From Thermoplasmata archaeon (GTDB taxonomy: Archaea > Thermoplasmatota > Thermoplasmata > Lutacidiplasmatales > UBA184): a DNA stretch of 64,000 bases. The stretch lies in the NCBI GenBank assembly GCA_035656255.1, contig DASRSV010000018.1, positions 68,384-132,383 of the forward strand. Reading direction: 5' to 3'. The stretch's first letter is position 1; every line of letters begins with the position of its first letter. Position numbers and translations under genes: made by a program. Shown here in pieces: positions 9,663 through 19,182 of the stretch. The notes under the pieces were generated by a model. The model ran no database searches and was not told the DNA's origin. It saw nothing but the letters and a program-made list of their open reading frames with translations.

Positions 9663-10997
9663 ATGGTGACCGGCGGCGTCACGAAGTTCGCGAAGGCCCA
9701 TCCCGCGATGGACTTCCGATTGATGGTCAAGCGCGCGTACGATTACGCGCTCAAGGGCATTCCGAACCTCACGAAGGACCGGTTCGACGGGACGCGGATC
9801 TCGTACTTCTCGGACCACTTCACGCGGCAGCTCAAGGCGGCGAGCATGGTCCAGGACTACCTCGGCATGAACCCGAAGGGGTCGATCCGCCTCGAGTGGG
9901 GCGGCGCGACGGGTGGGGAGTGCTTCCAGGCGGCGTACGAGTCGGTCGCGAGCGGCCGGTTCGACGTCGTGCTCGCGGCCGGGTTCGAGACGATGAGCCG
10001 GGTCGCGACGTGGAAGGGGAACGAGTTCATTGCGCTCGCCTCCGACACGAACTTTGACTTCCCGCTCGGCGGCTTCTACACCGGCTACTACGCCCTCATG
10101 GTCGTCCGGCACATCCACGAGTACATCCGGAAGACGAAGTTCGCGCACATCACGGACGAGCGCGAGGCGCAGCGGAAGGCGATCGCGGAAGGCTCCCGGA
10201 TCATGAGTCTCGTCTCCGTGAAGAACCACCTCAACGCGACCCACAACCCGTACGCGCAGTACCCGAAGTCGCTCTCCGTCCAGGACGTCCTCAACTCGGA
10301 GATGATCTCCTACCCGCTCACGCGGGAGCAGATCTGCACGATGAGCGACGGCGCCGCGGTCGCCGTCCTCTGCTCCGAGAACGTCGCGAAGGAGTTCACC
10401 GACCGGCCGATCCGCGTCACCGGCGTCGGCTGCGGTACCGACACGATGCGGCTCGCCGACCGGCCGTTCGGAACGGTCCCGCTCATGCCGAGCGAGCAGG
10501 CGAGCGACTACGAGGGGCTCGACTACCCCGGGGTCCACTCGTTCCGCGCGGGACGCTCCGCCGGGCTCGAGGCGTACCGAATGGCCGGGATCACCGACCC
10601 GAACCGCGAGCTCGACTTCATCGAACTGCACGACGCCTACGCGTCGAGCGAGATCCAGACGTACGAGGACCTCGGGCTCTGCAAGTACGGCGAGGGGTAC
10701 GACTTCACCGAGCGGGGCGACCCGTTCCTCCCGAATGTGAAGTACCCGTTCGCGACCCCGAAGGCGGGCGCGATCCCGGTGAACCCGTCCGGCGGGCTCA
10801 TCGCCTGCGGCCACCCGGTCGGCGCGACCGGGCTCATGCAGGGCGTCTTCGCCTTCTGGCAGCTCCAAGGGACGATCCGGCAGCATTTCGGTGACGCGAC
10901 GCTCCAGATCCCGAACGCGCAGCGCGGCGCGATCCACAGCCACGCGGGGACCGGCTCCGCGGTGACCGTCAGCATCTTGGGGCGGGGGTTCCGATGA
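9663..10997 (+). CDS. thiolase (archaeal/SCP-x-type acetyl-CoA acetyltransferase)
   Basis: Thiolase fold, GGATGGE-like region and C-terminal NPSGGLIACGHPVGATG. Start placed at the internal ATG (MVTGGVTKFAK); the upstream 31 codons are Arg/Pro-rich junk. Confidence 0.8.
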   Translation: MVTGGVTKFAKAHPAMDFRLMVKRAYDYALKGIPNLTKDRFDGTRISYFSDHFTRQLKAASMVQDYLGMNPKGSIRLEWGGATGGECFQAAYESVASGRFDVVLAAGFETMSRVATWKGNEFIALASDTNFDFPLGGFYTGYYALMVVRHIHEYIRKTKFAHITDEREAQRKAIAEGSRIMSLVSVKNHLNATHNPYAQYPKSLSVQDVLNSEMISYPLTREQICTMSDGAAVAVLCSENVAKEFTDRPIRVTGVGCGTDTMRLADRPFGTVPLMPSEQASDYEGLDYPGVHSFRAGRSAGLEAYRMAGITDPNRELDFIELHDAYASSEIQTYEDLGLCKYGEGYDFTERGDPFLPNVKYPFATPKAGAIPVNPSGGLIACGHPVGATGLMQGVFAFWQLQGTIRQHFGDATLQIPNAQRGAIHSHAGTGSAVTVSILGRGFR

Positions 10998-11524
10998 GCG
11001 CGATTCCGAAATACTCGAGCTTCCGCGACGTCGCCTCCGAGCTCGAGCGGAGCGGCCGCGCGATCTTCCGCGACAAGAACGGGTTCGAAAGCCTGGTGAT
11101 CCGGTTCCCGTACTCGATCAACTACATCCACAGCTACGCGGAGGACACGCCGTTCTTCCTGGGCCTGGCGGAAGGCAAGCTCCGCGGCTCCCACTGCACG
11201 GACAAGAGCTGCGGCTTCGTCTACGCGACGCCGCGCGGCCACTGCATGGAATGCGGCTCGCCGACCGAATGGATGGAGCTCCCGAACCGCGGGAAGATCC
11301 ACTCGTGGACGACCTGCCACTTCGGCAGCGAGGCGTTCCTCAAGGAGACCCCGTACAATCTCGCGCTCGTCGAGTTCGAGGGCGCCGGGAGCCTCCTCAT
11401 GGTGCGGCTCAAGGAGTGCACCCAGTCGGAGATCTACGTCGGGATGCCGGTCGAGGCGCGGTTCGACCCGAACCCGAAGCACGTCATCTCCGACGTCTGG
11501 TTCGTGCCTGCGAAGACGCGCTAG
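10994..11524 (+). CDS. DUF35 OB-fold/zinc-ribbon protein (thiolase/HMGCS-complex scaffold type)
   Basis: CTDKSCGFVYATPRGHCMECGS zinc ribbon plus OB-fold region. 4-nt overlap with the thiolase gene. Confidence 0.75.
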   Translation: MSAIPKYSSFRDVASELERSGRAIFRDKNGFESLVIRFPYSINYIHSYAEDTPFFLGLAEGKLRGSHCTDKSCGFVYATPRGHCMECGSPTEWMELPNRGKIHSWTTCHFGSEAFLKETPYNLALVEFEGAGSLLMVRLKECTQSEIYVGMPVEARFDPNPKHVISDVWFVPAKTR

Positions 11525-11531
11525 GCGGGCG

Positions 11532-13517
11532 GTGCGTCCGATGTCCCCGGACGAGGCGGCCGGGGACGCGGCCCCGTTCGGCGGGGCGGCCGTCCCGGCC
11601 GGGGCGACGGACGCGACGGTGCGCGCCTTGACGGACCGGGTCGCCGACGCCCGCCGAGACCCCCTCGCGTTCTGGGCCCGGGTCGGCCGCGAGTCGATCG
11701 TCTGGCGGACGCCGTTCACCCGTACCCTCGACTGGGACCCGCCGTTCGCCCGCTGGTTCCCGGACGGCACCTTGAACGTCGGTGACTCCTGTCTCGACCG
11801 CCACCTCGCCGCGGGTCTTGCGGACCGGGTCGCGTACTTCTGGGAGGGCGAGCCGGGAGAGCGTCGGGTCGTCACCTACGGCGCCCTCGCGCGCGACGTC
11901 GCCCGGCTCGCATCGGCGCTCCGCGAGCGCGGGTTCGGCCCGGACGACTTCGCGGCGATCTATCTCCCGATGATCCCCGAGCTTCCCGTCGTCATGCTCG
12001 CGCTCGCGCGGCTAGGGGTCCCGTTCACGACCGTCTTCAGCGGGTTCAGTGCGTCGGCGCTGGGAGCCCGGATCAACGACCTCGGCGCGCGTCTGCTGTT
12101 CACCGCGGACGGGGGGTACCGCAGGGGGAAGGTCGTACCGTTGCGAGCGACGGCGGCCGAGGCGCTCGCGGGCGCCCCGCGGGTGGAGACCGTGGTCACG
12201 GTCGCTCGAACGGGCCTGGACGTCCCCGGGGACCCGAAGCGCGACGTTCCGTACGCAGAGCTCCTGCGGAGCGGGTCGTCGAGCTTCGCGGATCCCGCGC
12301 TCCCCTCGAACCATCTCCTCTACCTACTGTACTCGTCCGGCACCACCGGTCAGCCGAAGGCGATCGCCCACGGGACGGGCGGCTACCTCACGCACGTCAC
12401 GGCGACGATGCGCTGGGTTCTCGACCCGCAACCGCGCGAGGTGCTCTGGTGCGCGGCCGACGTCGGCTGGGTCACGGGTCACTCGTACATCGTCTTCGGA
12501 CCCCTGTCCAACGGCGTTACGAGCGTTCTCTACGAGGGCGCGTTTGACGCGCCGCGCCCCGACCGGTTCTGGGAGATCGTCGAGCGGTACCGCGTCAACA
12601 TCCTCTACACCTCGCCGACCGCGCTGCGCGGCCTCCGCAAGCTCGGTGACGCCGGGCTCGAGTCCCACGACCTCGGCTCGCTGCGGCTGCTCGGCACGGT
12701 CGGCGAGGCGATCAACCCATCGGTGTGGCAGTGGTACTTCGACGCCGTGGGACGTCGTCGGTGCCCGATCGTCGACACGTGGTGGCAGACCGAGACGGGG
12801 GGGATCCTGATCTCGCCGGCCCCGGGGATCGGACTCGTTCCGCTCAAGCCGGGGTCCGCGACGTTCCCCCTACCGGGCATCGACGCGGATGTTGTGGGCG
12901 AGGACGGAAGTCCAGCGCCCCCGGGCACCCGCGGGTACGTCGTCCTCCGCGCGCCGTGGCCCGGCATGTTCCTCGGTCTCCATGGCGACGAGGAGCGGTA
13001 CCGCCGTACGTACTGGACGCGGTTCCCCGGGCTCTACTACTCGGGCGACTACGCCCTCAAGGACGCGGACGGCTACTTCTGGTTCCTCGGCCGGGCGGAC
13101 GAAGTGCTCAAGGTCGCCGGCCATCGGCTCGGAACGATCGAGATCGAGGACGCGCTCCTCGGGGACGCCCGGGTCGCCGAGGCCGCGGTCTGCGGCGCTC
13201 CGGACCCGATCAAGGGGGACGTCCCGGTCGCGTTCGTTGTCCTTCGTGGCGGCGTGACGACGACCCCGACGCTCGCCGATGAGCTCGCCGCCCACGTCGC
13301 GCACGCCATCGGCTCGATCGCCCGACCGCAGGCGATCTACTTCGTGGACGGGCTCCCGAAGACCCGGAGCGGGAAGATCATGCGGCGCGTCGTCCAGTCG
13401 GTCGCCTCGGGCGCGAAGGATATCGGTGACCTCACGACGCTCGAGGACGGGGCGAGCGTCGACGAGGTCCGCTCCGCCTTTCAGCGGCTGGCGCGGGAAG
13501 CCTCCCGCTCTGAATGA
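11532..13517 (+). CDS. acs: acetyl-CoA synthetase (AMP-forming)
   Basis: YSSGTTGQPKAIAHGTGGYL, DTWWQTETGG, SGKIMRRV motifs of the Acs subfamily. Confidence 0.9.
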   Translation: MRPMSPDEAAGDAAPFGGAAVPAGATDATVRALTDRVADARRDPLAFWARVGRESIVWRTPFTRTLDWDPPFARWFPDGTLNVGDSCLDRHLAAGLADRVAYFWEGEPGERRVVTYGALARDVARLASALRERGFGPDDFAAIYLPMIPELPVVMLALARLGVPFTTVFSGFSASALGARINDLGARLLFTADGGYRRGKVVPLRATAAEALAGAPRVETVVTVARTGLDVPGDPKRDVPYAELLRSGSSSFADPALPSNHLLYLLYSSGTTGQPKAIAHGTGGYLTHVTATMRWVLDPQPREVLWCAADVGWVTGHSYIVFGPLSNGVTSVLYEGAFDAPRPDRFWEIVERYRVNILYTSPTALRGLRKLGDAGLESHDLGSLRLLGTVGEAINPSVWQWYFDAVGRRRCPIVDTWWQTETGGILISPAPGIGLVPLKPGSATFPLPGIDADVVGEDGSPAPPGTRGYVVLRAPWPGMFLGLHGDEERYRRTYWTRFPGLYYSGDYALKDADGYFWFLGRADEVLKVAGHRLGTIEIEDALLGDARVAEAAVCGAPDPIKGDVPVAFVVLRGGVTTTPTLADELAAHVAHAIGSIARPQAIYFVDGLPKTRSGKIMRRVVQSVASGAKDIGDLTTLEDGASVDEVRSAFQRLAREASRSE

Positions 13518-13527
13518 TCCATTTCTC

Positions 13528-13545
13528 GGGCGGTCGCAGCCGCCC
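13528..13545 (+). terminator. GC hairpin just after the acs stop (possible terminator/processing stem)
   Basis: GGGCGG-tcgcag-CCGCCC perfect 6-bp stem, preceded by T-richer CCATTTCTC, in a convergent intergenic region. Confidence 0.2.
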
Positions 13546-13768
13546 TCGGACGACTCGGTGAGGCTGTGGCGCGAACCGCCGGGTCCCCTCGCCGCTCGGG
13601 CGAAGCGGCCGCGAAGGACGTTACCTCTACCTGGAGGCGTCGAAGCAACCGATGCCCTTGCCCCGATGCTCGAAGTTGACGACCTCCTTCCGACGGCCGC
13701 TCCGAGCTCATGCTTCGGGACCGAGCCGACGCCAACCCGGGGTCGGCGACGCACGGAACTGGTGAGGG

Positions 13769-16141
13769 TTAGGACCTGGGGGCGTGCGGCAACCCGAACA
13801 GCCCGCGAAGTCGCTCGAATCCGGGGAAGGCCCGGAACGCGTCGAGCACGGGGTCCACCGCGAGGTCGGGGACGCCGACGATGCTGCGCTCCTCGCGGGC
13901 CCGCTCGTACCAAGTAATCGCCTCGTCGAACTCGCCGAGCGCCACGTGGATCCAGGCGACCGCCCCCGCTGGAGCTTCACCGCTGCTCCGCCGTGCGACG
14001 AGGGATCGTAGGATTTCTCGCGCCTTGTCCGCCTGGCCTCCTCGAGCGAACACCGCCGCTTGATCGATTCGGTCCTGCACGGACCCTCGGCGATCCTTGT
14101 CTGCGGCGATCGAGGCCTGGGCGACCGCCTCCTCCGAACGTCCGGAAAGAAGGAGCGCGTATGCGAGGATGAACCCACTGCTCGGCGATCCGACGAGGAG
14201 GGGGCTCCGCAGCACCGTGATGGCTTCGTCGTATCTCCGCAGCCAGTAGTACTGTTGACCGAGGATCACGCGGCGTCGGGGGTTCAGCGGATCGAGCTCC
14301 ACCGCCCGAAGCGCATTCGCCAATCCCTCCTCGGGACGGCCGCAAGCCCCCGAGGCGACCGCTCGCCAGAAGTGCGCCTGAACGTTGTTCGGTTCGAGCT
14401 CGATCGCCGTGTCCAGCTCTCGGATCGCCCCCGTCCAATCGTATCGATTGTAGAGGATTGGGGCAAGGGCCGCGTGGGCTTCTCCGAGGTCCGGGTCGAG
14501 CTGGAGCGCACGGCGGACGGAGCGCTCGGCGCGCTCGAGCGCCGGCTCCAAGGGCGAGAACCCTCCGTTCCCCTGAAGTGCGAAAGTTTCGGCCAGCCCG
14601 CAATGAGCCAGCGCGAACTCGGAGTCGAGGGCGATGGCTCGCTCGAACAGGTCCACCGCCGCCGCGAGGCCCTCGCCGGTCGCCTCGAAGAACCGCTGTC
14701 GCCCCTGGAGGTAGCGGTCGTAGGCCTCGAGGCTTCGGGTCGGGATCCGGCCAAGCGGTCCGACACCGCCGCTCGCCTTCGGACCCACCAGCGATTCGGC
14801 AATCCGTCGTGCCAATTCTTGCTGGATCGCGAAGACGTTCTCAAGACGGCGATCGAACGAAACGGACCAGACGGGCTCCTCGGTATCCACGTCGACGAGC
14901 TGCGCCGTCACCCGGAGCTCATCTCCGGCGCGTCGGACGCTGCCTTCGAGGATCGTGCCGACCCGGAGCTCGCGGGCGGTTTCGGCCGCGCTCTTCGTTC
15001 CGTCCCGAAAACGCATGACCGAGGTGCGGGCGATCACCCGCAGCCCCCCGAGCCGAGAGACCGTCGCGATGAGCTCCTCGGTGAGCCCCTCGGAAAAGTA
15101 CGAGTCCGCGGGGTCGGAGCTGATGTTCCGAAACGGCAGTATCGCGATCCTCTGGCTGGGATCGAGCGCGTTCGGCGTCGGGACGGTCGAAGGCGCCGGT
15201 GTGCCGGGAGGGGGGGACCACGGCGCCGCCGAGGCGAGCGGAGCGATCGGCACGAACACATCCACGAGTCGGCGCCGAACCTCTTCCCGCTCGTACCAGA
15301 AGCGCTTGTTCTCGGCATCCCCCGGCGCGAAGAGGTGGTCGTATCGGAACCGGTCCTCCCCGAACGGGACGCGCCGGGCGCCCTCGGCCGCCATCGCCCG
15401 GAGCTGACGGGCACTCTGCAGCTCCGGCTTCGACGCGAGGTAGAGAAGAGCGAACTTCTCGATCTCTCGAATCGCGCGCCCCTCCGAGGCCGCCGCTTCC
15501 CGAAGCTGAGAGGTCGCCACCAGGAGCTTGTCGCCCGGTCCGAGCGGCGGCACGGAAAACTCGTTCCCACGGGGGATACGGCTCAGGAGGTCAGGACCCT
15601 TCGGCCGGGCGCGGAGGCGAGCCTTGAACTCCTCCAGGTCCCCGCCCCCGCTGCCCGCGAGGCAGAAGACCGTCCGATGCTGCGGCCGAGTCGCCGGCTC
15701 GAGGGCGGGGAGCAGGAGCTCGTACGGCCAGGATTGCCCCCCTTGGGCGTCGAGCTCGTCGATCAGACAGACGACGTCGCTCGGGCCGGAGTTGGCTTCC
15801 GCGAGCTGGGCGCGAAGCCCTTCCGAATCGAGCTGGGCGAGGTTCGCCTGTACGAACTGACTCTTGGTCCCCGCGAAGCGTGCCACCTGCTGTACGAGGT
15901 ACGACTTTCCGCTTCCCGGCGGCCCCCAGAGCAGGAGATTGGTGGGGTGACGATCCGCGGAAGAGAGAGCCCCGAGCACCTTGCCCCGGAAGTCCTTGAG
16001 GTGATTGCGCACGCCCTCGTCAGATCGAACGTAGCTGCCGGCAATCGTTGCTCGATCGAGGTCGATTCGGTCGAGCCCTTCGACCAACCGCTCGACGTCG
16101 CCCGCCCGGGAAACGTCGCGCTCGGCCTCCAGGTCGGCCAT
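13769..16141 (-). CDS. AAA+ ATPase / TolB-N-like domain / TPR-repeat fusion protein (putative signal-transduction regulator)
   Basis: Walker A GPPGSGKS and Walker B VVCLIDELD. Pro-rich linker. IAILPFRNISSDPADSYFSEGLTEELIATVSRLGGLRVIARTS...ELRVGTILEGSVRRAGDELRVTAQLVDVDTEEPVWS matches the TolB-N-like domain of CadC/adenylate-cyclase-type regulators. C-terminal ~350 aa are TPR-like repeats. No TM segment. Confidence 0.7.
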   Translation of the reverse strand: MADLEAERDVSRAGDVERLVEGLDRIDLDRATIAGSYVRSDEGVRNHLKDFRGKVLGALSSADRHPTNLLLWGPPGSGKSYLVQQVARFAGTKSQFVQANLAQLDSEGLRAQLAEANSGPSDVVCLIDELDAQGGQSWPYELLLPALEPATRPQHRTVFCLAGSGGGDLEEFKARLRARPKGPDLLSRIPRGNEFSVPPLGPGDKLLVATSQLREAAASEGRAIREIEKFALLYLASKPELQSARQLRAMAAEGARRVPFGEDRFRYDHLFAPGDAENKRFWYEREEVRRRLVDVFVPIAPLASAAPWSPPPGTPAPSTVPTPNALDPSQRIAILPFRNISSDPADSYFSEGLTEELIATVSRLGGLRVIARTSVMRFRDGTKSAAETARELRVGTILEGSVRRAGDELRVTAQLVDVDTEEPVWSVSFDRRLENVFAIQQELARRIAESLVGPKASGGVGPLGRIPTRSLEAYDRYLQGRQRFFEATGEGLAAAVDLFERAIALDSEFALAHCGLAETFALQGNGGFSPLEPALERAERSVRRALQLDPDLGEAHAALAPILYNRYDWTGAIRELDTAIELEPNNVQAHFWRAVASGACGRPEEGLANALRAVELDPLNPRRRVILGQQYYWLRRYDEAITVLRSPLLVGSPSSGFILAYALLLSGRSEEAVAQASIAADKDRRGSVQDRIDQAAVFARGGQADKAREILRSLVARRSSGEAPAGAVAWIHVALGEFDEAITWYERAREERSIVGVPDLAVDPVLDAFRAFPGFERLRGLFGLPHAPRS

Positions 16142-16288
16142 CCGCAGCCTCTGGCTACCGCCAGTCCCCTCAAGAAGCCGAGCGCCGGCCGAAGGCGCTT
16201 ATCGCCGCACCGGGGGCGGCGGTCGCTTGGAGCACCCGGGGGACGCGCCCGGTCGGGGGAACGTGGGGGCCCATCGACCGGCGGGGAG

Positions 16289-16362
16289 TGCCGCGGGCCG
16301 GGCTTGAACCGGCGGCTTCAAGATCTTCAGTCTTGCACTCTCCCAAACTGAGTTACCGCGGC
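16289..16362 (-). tRNA. tRNA-Phe (GAA)
   Basis: Minus strand GCCGCGG-TA-ACTC...GAGT-G-CAAGA-CTGAAGA-TCTTG-AAGCC-GCCGG-TTCAAGC-CCGGC-CCGCGGC-A. Perfect 7-bp acceptor, anticodon GAA. CCA not encoded. Confidence 0.85.
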
Positions 16363-16389
16363 ACGTCCCGGCCCTCCGACCTCGCCCCG

Positions 16390-16397
16390 CTTTAAAG
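16390..16397 (-). promoter_or_regulatory. TATA-like box (CTTTAAAG) upstream of tRNA-Phe
   Basis: Only AT-rich octamer in this spacer, centred about 32 nt upstream of the mature tRNA 5' end. Confidence 0.4.
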
Positions 16398-16538
16398 AAC
16401 TGCGACACGGGGTCTCGCCCGCACGCAACGTCGCGGCCCGACGGGGTTCCCGTCCCGTGCTGCGAACGCGCGCGCGCCTACGTTCTCCGCCGAAAAAGGG
16501 CGCCCCGGACCCTCACAATTTAACTAGGCCACCCGGCC

Positions 16539-19046
16539 TTGAGCACGTTCACCGTGCCCCGCACGCTCGTCATCACCGAGAAGTTCAGCACCGCCCTCCG
16601 CATCGCGATCGTCCTCTCCGACGGCCGGATGAAGCGGTCGCGGCTCGCCGGGACGAACGTCTTCACGTTCGACCGTCCCGACGGCGTCTGGAACATCGTT
16701 GGGCTGCGCGGCCACATCGTCGAGCTCGACTATCCGAACGAGCTCGCCGAATGGAACGTCGGCAACCTCCCCAAGCTGATTGAGGCGCCCCCCGAGAAGC
16801 GCATCACCGCGCAGGGGATCGTGGACGCGCTGAAGGAGCTCGTGCACAGCGTCGAGCGCGTCGTGATCGCGACCGACTTCGACCGGGAAGGGGAGCTCAT
16901 CGGGATGGAGATCCTCGAGATCCTGCTTCGGATCAACCCGAAGCTCGAGGTGCGGCGGGCCCACTACAGCGCCCTCACGCGCGACGAGATCGAGACGAGC
17001 TTCACCCATCTCGTCGACGTCGACCGCGCGCTGGCGGACGCGGCCGCCGCTCGCCAGGAGATCGACCTCGTCTGGGGCGCGCTCCTCACGCGGTATCTCA
17101 CCCTCACGGCGCGTCAGCACGGTTCGTCGTTCCTCTCGGCGGGGCGGGTTCAAACGCCGACCCTCGCGCTGCTCGTCGAGCGCGACCAGGCGATCAAGGA
17201 GTTCGTCCCGTCCCCGTTCTGGACCATCGAGGCGCAGGCGGAGCACGCCGGCGAAGGCTTCCGCCTCAAGCACGGCCACGGGATCTTCGAGGAAAAGGCG
17301 GACGCCGAACGGATTCTGAAGAGGCTGCACGGCGCGACGGAAGGGACGGTCCTCTCCTACGAGCAGAAGGAGAGCCGGCGTCGCCCGCCCATCCCGTTCA
17401 GCACGACCCTGTTCGTCGCCGAGGCGACCCGTCTGGGCTTGAGCGCCGCGCTCGCGATGCGGATCGCGGAGGACCTCTACACGAAGGGGATCATCAGCTA
17501 CCCGAGGACCGACAACACCGTTTACCCGCGCGGGCTCGGACTGCGCGGGATCGTCGAACGCTTCCGCGAAGGTCCGTTCGGCGAGGCGGCGAACTTCGTC
17601 CTCGAGCAGCCGTCGTTCCGACCGACGCGGGGCCGGAGCGAGACGACCGACCACCCGCCGATCTACCCCACCCAGGCGGTCGACCCGAAGAAGCTCCGTG
17701 CCGACCACGCGAAGGTCTACGAGCTCATCGTCCGCCGCTTCCTCGCGACGCTCGCCCCCGACGCGATCGGCTTCACCCGGGACGCGGAGGTCGACGTCCG
17801 CGGCGAGAAGTTCACCGGACACGGCCAGCAGCTGACCGACCCAGGATGGTACCGGATCTACCCGTACTCCGAGCCGGAGATCATCCCGTTCCCGGTCCTC
17901 GCCGTCGGCGACGTCGTGAAGATCCTCGAGGTGAAGCTGCTCGAGGACAAGACAAAACCCCCGCGGCGCTTCACGCAAGGTTCGATCATCCAGGAGATGG
18001 AGCGACTCGGCCTCGGCACGAAGAGCACGCGGCACGACGTCCTCCAGAAGCTGTTCGACCGCCACTACGTACAGGCGCGGTCGCTCGAGCCGACCGGCAC
18101 CGGCATCGCGGTCACGGAGGCGCTCACCGCCCATGCCCCCGTCATCACGCGCCCGGAGATGACCCACCGGCTGGAGGACGAGATGGCCCTCGTCGCCGAG
18201 TCGAAGAAAGCGAAGAGCGAGGTGCTCAACGACTCGCGGGAGATGCTGCGGGAGGCGTACGACCTTCTCGCCCGGAACGCCGACGGGGTCGCGAAGACGA
18301 TCCGGGGCGCCCTCGACCGCCAGCATTTCGTCGGGCCGTGCGTCCGCTGCGGCGGCGCCCTCCGCCTCGCCCGCAGCCCGCGGGGCTCCCGGTGGGTGCA
18401 ATGCGTCAACAATCCAGCCTCCTGCACGGCGAGCTACCCACTCCCCGCCGCGGGGTTCATCGAGCCGGCCCCGGAGTTCCTCTGCGGCACCTGCAAGGTT
18501 CCGCGCGTGAAGATCGTCTTCCGCGGTCAGCGACCGGATCTGTTCTGCATCAACCCGGAGTGCCCCGAACACAAGAAGCAGTGGCACTTCGGGGAGTGTC
18601 CCTCGTGCCACTCCCCGCTCAACCTCCGCTATTCGTTCCGAGGGAATCGGTTCGTCGGGTGCACCGGCTACCCGAAATGCCGAGTCACCTACCCCCTGCC
18701 CCAGCGCGGCAAGCTCGAGCGGAGCGCGGACCCGTGCCCGGTCTGCCACGCCCCGGTGGTCACCGCGATCGAGGCGGGACGTCCACCGTGGACCCTCTGT
18801 ATCAATCCCGAGTGCCCGACGCGCGCCAAATCGGCCGCCAAACGTGCGGCGAAGCGGCGCGCCCCGGCCGCGCGCAAGCGGAAGGCACCGTCCGCGGCGA
18901 CCGCCGCGCCCGCGCCGACCCCTCCGGCTCAAGCCCCCGCGGGGGCCGCGACGGCGCCGAAGCCGAAGCGACGTGCGAAGCGCGCACCCTCTCCGGCCGT
19001 CCCCGAGGCCCCTGCGGCGCCCCCGCCCGACGTCTCCGCGGCTTGA
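16539..19046 (+). CDS. topA: type IA DNA topoisomerase with four C-terminal zinc ribbons and a basic Ala/Lys/Pro-rich tail
   Basis: N-terminal Toprim TLVITEKFS...DFDREGE. Four C4 ribbons (CVRCGG.., CGTCKV.., CPSCHS.., CPVCHA..). The last ~75 aa are KRAAKRRAPAARKRKAP...PKPKRRAKRAP. TTG start per track; GTG at 16551 is an alternative. Confidence 0.85.
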   Translation: MSTFTVPRTLVITEKFSTALRIAIVLSDGRMKRSRLAGTNVFTFDRPDGVWNIVGLRGHIVELDYPNELAEWNVGNLPKLIEAPPEKRITAQGIVDALKELVHSVERVVIATDFDREGELIGMEILEILLRINPKLEVRRAHYSALTRDEIETSFTHLVDVDRALADAAAARQEIDLVWGALLTRYLTLTARQHGSSFLSAGRVQTPTLALLVERDQAIKEFVPSPFWTIEAQAEHAGEGFRLKHGHGIFEEKADAERILKRLHGATEGTVLSYEQKESRRRPPIPFSTTLFVAEATRLGLSAALAMRIAEDLYTKGIISYPRTDNTVYPRGLGLRGIVERFREGPFGEAANFVLEQPSFRPTRGRSETTDHPPIYPTQAVDPKKLRADHAKVYELIVRRFLATLAPDAIGFTRDAEVDVRGEKFTGHGQQLTDPGWYRIYPYSEPEIIPFPVLAVGDVVKILEVKLLEDKTKPPRRFTQGSIIQEMERLGLGTKSTRHDVLQKLFDRHYVQARSLEPTGTGIAVTEALTAHAPVITRPEMTHRLEDEMALVAESKKAKSEVLNDSREMLREAYDLLARNADGVAKTIRGALDRQHFVGPCVRCGGALRLARSPRGSRWVQCVNNPASCTASYPLPAAGFIEPAPEFLCGTCKVPRVKIVFRGQRPDLFCINPECPEHKKQWHFGECPSCHSPLNLRYSFRGNRFVGCTGYPKCRVTYPLPQRGKLERSADPCPVCHAPVVTAIEAGRPPWTLCINPECPTRAKSAAKRAAKRRAPAARKRKAPSAATAAPAPTPPAQAPAGAATAPKPKRRAKRAPSPAVPEAPAAPPPDVSAA

Positions 19047-19182
19047 CGGCGGGACGGGCGATCCAAACGAAAACCCCGAACGAGGCTCGGCGCGGCCAAG
19101 AGTTCGCCGGGCCTCCCCGCGGCTCGGTGCCGTTTCGTCACGTCCGATTTCGCGTTAAATAGCGGACCTCGGTCGGTACGAC

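Noticed and set aside
14060-16351. 763-aa plus-strand ORF
   Set aside because: Antisense to the AAA+/TolB-N/TPR gene and runs across the tRNA-Phe locus. No motifs. Arg-rich.
16524-18932. 802-aa minus-strand ORF
   Set aside because: Antisense shadow of topA. Low-complexity R/G/E/D-rich translation.
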